From positions 70,426 to 134,425 of the forward strand of contig JARYMF010000006.1 in NCBI GenBank assembly GCA_029907255.1: a stretch of DNA of 64,000 nt, written 5' to 3'. The DNA is from Armatimonadota bacterium (GTDB taxonomy: Bacteria; Armatimonadota; UBA5829; DTJY01). The notes under the pieces were generated by a model. The model made no database searches. It was not told the origin of the DNA and worked only from the letters and a program-made list of their open reading frames with translations. The translations under genes were made by a program, and so were the position numbers. Shown piece after piece: positions 62,698 to 64,000 of this stretch. How positions within the stretch are numbered: the first letter of the stretch is position 1; each line of letters starts with the position of its first letter.

Positions 62698-63978
62698 TTA
62701 TGTTGCCTCGACCCCAGCGGCCTGGCGGACCGCCAAAGGCGCTTCCTCCAATCGAATCTCCGGAAATCCATTCACTACATTGCAGTTAATCCAAATCATC
62801 TCGCAGCACGTATGCATTGCCGCTGGGGTATCGAAGATCATCCGACGTGACCAAGTATCAGATTGAACATCGTAACCAATCTCGCCTGCCATAACCGGCG
62901 CTATTCCATGCTCTCCATTCGCTTGGGAGGGAAGAGGTATACTCCCACTTCGGAAGTGCTCCGAAGGCTCGCGATCCCTAAGCCACTGAGGCATAAAGTT
63001 AGTGCTCGGCATGCTCATCTGGAAACCCGACAGGTTTACAACATTGCAGAAAAATTCCCTCAGCCTGAGCTCTGCAAGACGGCTGTTTGCTCGTGCGCGA
63101 AGGAACAGTCTTGTTTCATTAAGAGCCCCAAGGATTTGGCCAACGTCATCGGCATTGAATGTATACTCGCTAGCAAATGGCGAAGGCGCATAAGTTTCGG
63201 CCGGCGCCTGCCACCATTGACTCTCAACGTAGTCGAAAATCTTAGCAGCGGTTTGGGCATATGTTTTAACCCTTGTTACCCTGAATGCTTCTATCAAAGC
63301 GCGAAGTGCTGAACAAGCATCTATGAGTGTATTTCCAACCATCTCGGATTTTTCTTGCGCCCGAACAAGGTTGTCGGCAAACTCCCTAAGCATCCAGAGT
63401 GATCTTGCCCGAAGATCCTGAGCATCACTAGTGCATGCAAACCATATCAAAGCTTCTATGGCTACCGACTGGCCTAGAATCGGGTTTGAAGAGTTTTCCA
63501 ATAAGCTATCTTTATTAGCATCAATAGCCTCGAATAGTTCGTTTGCTAAGTTAATGAACTTTCGGTTCACATCCGGCGACTTGTAGATAGCATTCGCTCC
63601 CTCGCCTGCAGCCAACATCGCCACATCACTGCAGGCCCAAAGCATGCATGCCTGATCTTCAAGGTTTGCGTTTGCGTCGGTAATCTGAACACTCCCTGGC
63701 TGTGCTTGCATCGCGAACAACCCACGATTGTTTCTGAGGTTCTCGAAGGCAAAATTACACTGAAGCCGCGCTATAGTCGCCAAAAGAAGCCCGTTGATTC
63801 TCCATTCATTGCGAAAATCAGCCGGCAGAACCTCAGCTTCCTGTGGCACAGCAAACCACTTTGCACACTCACACTCCGCGATGATTGGCCATCCTTGCGC
63901 TTGAGGTACAAGAGTGCGGTCGAAGCTGTCTGGATTCCATCTCCAAGTCCCCAGGTCTCTCTCACTGAAATCCCTCAT
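62698..63978 (-). CDS. hypothetical protein, alpha-helical; ORF may continue past the window edge
   Basis: 426 aa or more. There is no in-frame stop between the listed Met and position 64000 on the minus strand. No recognisable motif was found. Confidence 0.4.
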   Translation of the reverse strand: MRDFSERDLGTWRWNPDSFDRTLVPQAQGWPIIAECECAKWFAVPQEAEVLPADFRNEWRINGLLLATIARLQCNFAFENLRNNRGLFAMQAQPGSVQITDANANLEDQACMLWACSDVAMLAAGEGANAIYKSPDVNRKFINLANELFEAIDANKDSLLENSSNPILGQSVAIEALIWFACTSDAQDLRARSLWMLREFADNLVRAQEKSEMVGNTLIDACSALRALIEAFRVTRVKTYAQTAAKIFDYVESQWWQAPAETYAPSPFASEYTFNADDVGQILGALNETRLFLRARANSRLAELRLREFFCNVVNLSGFQMSMPSTNFMPQWLRDREPSEHFRSGSIPLPSQANGEHGIAPVMAGEIGYDVQSDTWSRRMIFDTPAAMHTCCEMIWINCNVVNGFPEIRLEEAPLAVRQAAGVEAT

Positions 63979-64000
63979 TAGATGGGGGTCGCCACTTTTC

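Overview
The window is a 64 kb chromosomal segment of about 50% GC, apparently from a diderm bacterium (LptD/OstA-like outer-membrane protein, system II cytochrome c maturation, TatA, T-box). It is gene-dense and mostly housekeeping. Main blocks, with strand in parentheses: (1) a minus-strand operon resB - multihaem cytochrome c - ccsA - sirC-like - hemA - hemX-like; (2) gyrB, a gdh-family dehydrogenase, dut and a cytoplasmic GAF/PAS histidine kinase; (3) dnaG - rpoD - coaX - dus; (4) an AAR-family oxidoreductase and an orphan RsbW-like kinase, followed by four tandem KGG-repeat stress-protein paralogues, one too short for the ORF track; (5) a minus-strand sugar-nucleotide/cell-surface locus (galU-like, degT, NDP-sugar pyrophosphorylase, ahcY, wecB/tagA, pfkB kinase, comF) headed by a four-tRNA cluster (Val-Asp-Phe-Thr); (6) two secreted glycoside hydrolase/WbsX-like proteins, a GNAT protein and a CBS protein; (7) rplY and galT, then ileS (long type 2) behind a sigma-70 promoter and a recognisable T-box leader; (8) a tRNA-Leu followed by a three-gene NurA-like / unknown / HerA-like ATPase cassette, the best candidate for an uncharacterised system here; (9) secG, two tatA paralogues, a pfkB kinase and a second tRNA-Leu; (10) a split cytosolic MgtE-N/CBS sensor protein plus an NRAMP transporter, then HtrA, family 4 UDG and a partial hypothetical gene. 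No CRISPR array, transposase or integrase was seen. Many opposite-strand or frame-shifted track ORFs inside these genes, and those overlapping tRNAs, are judged spurious.
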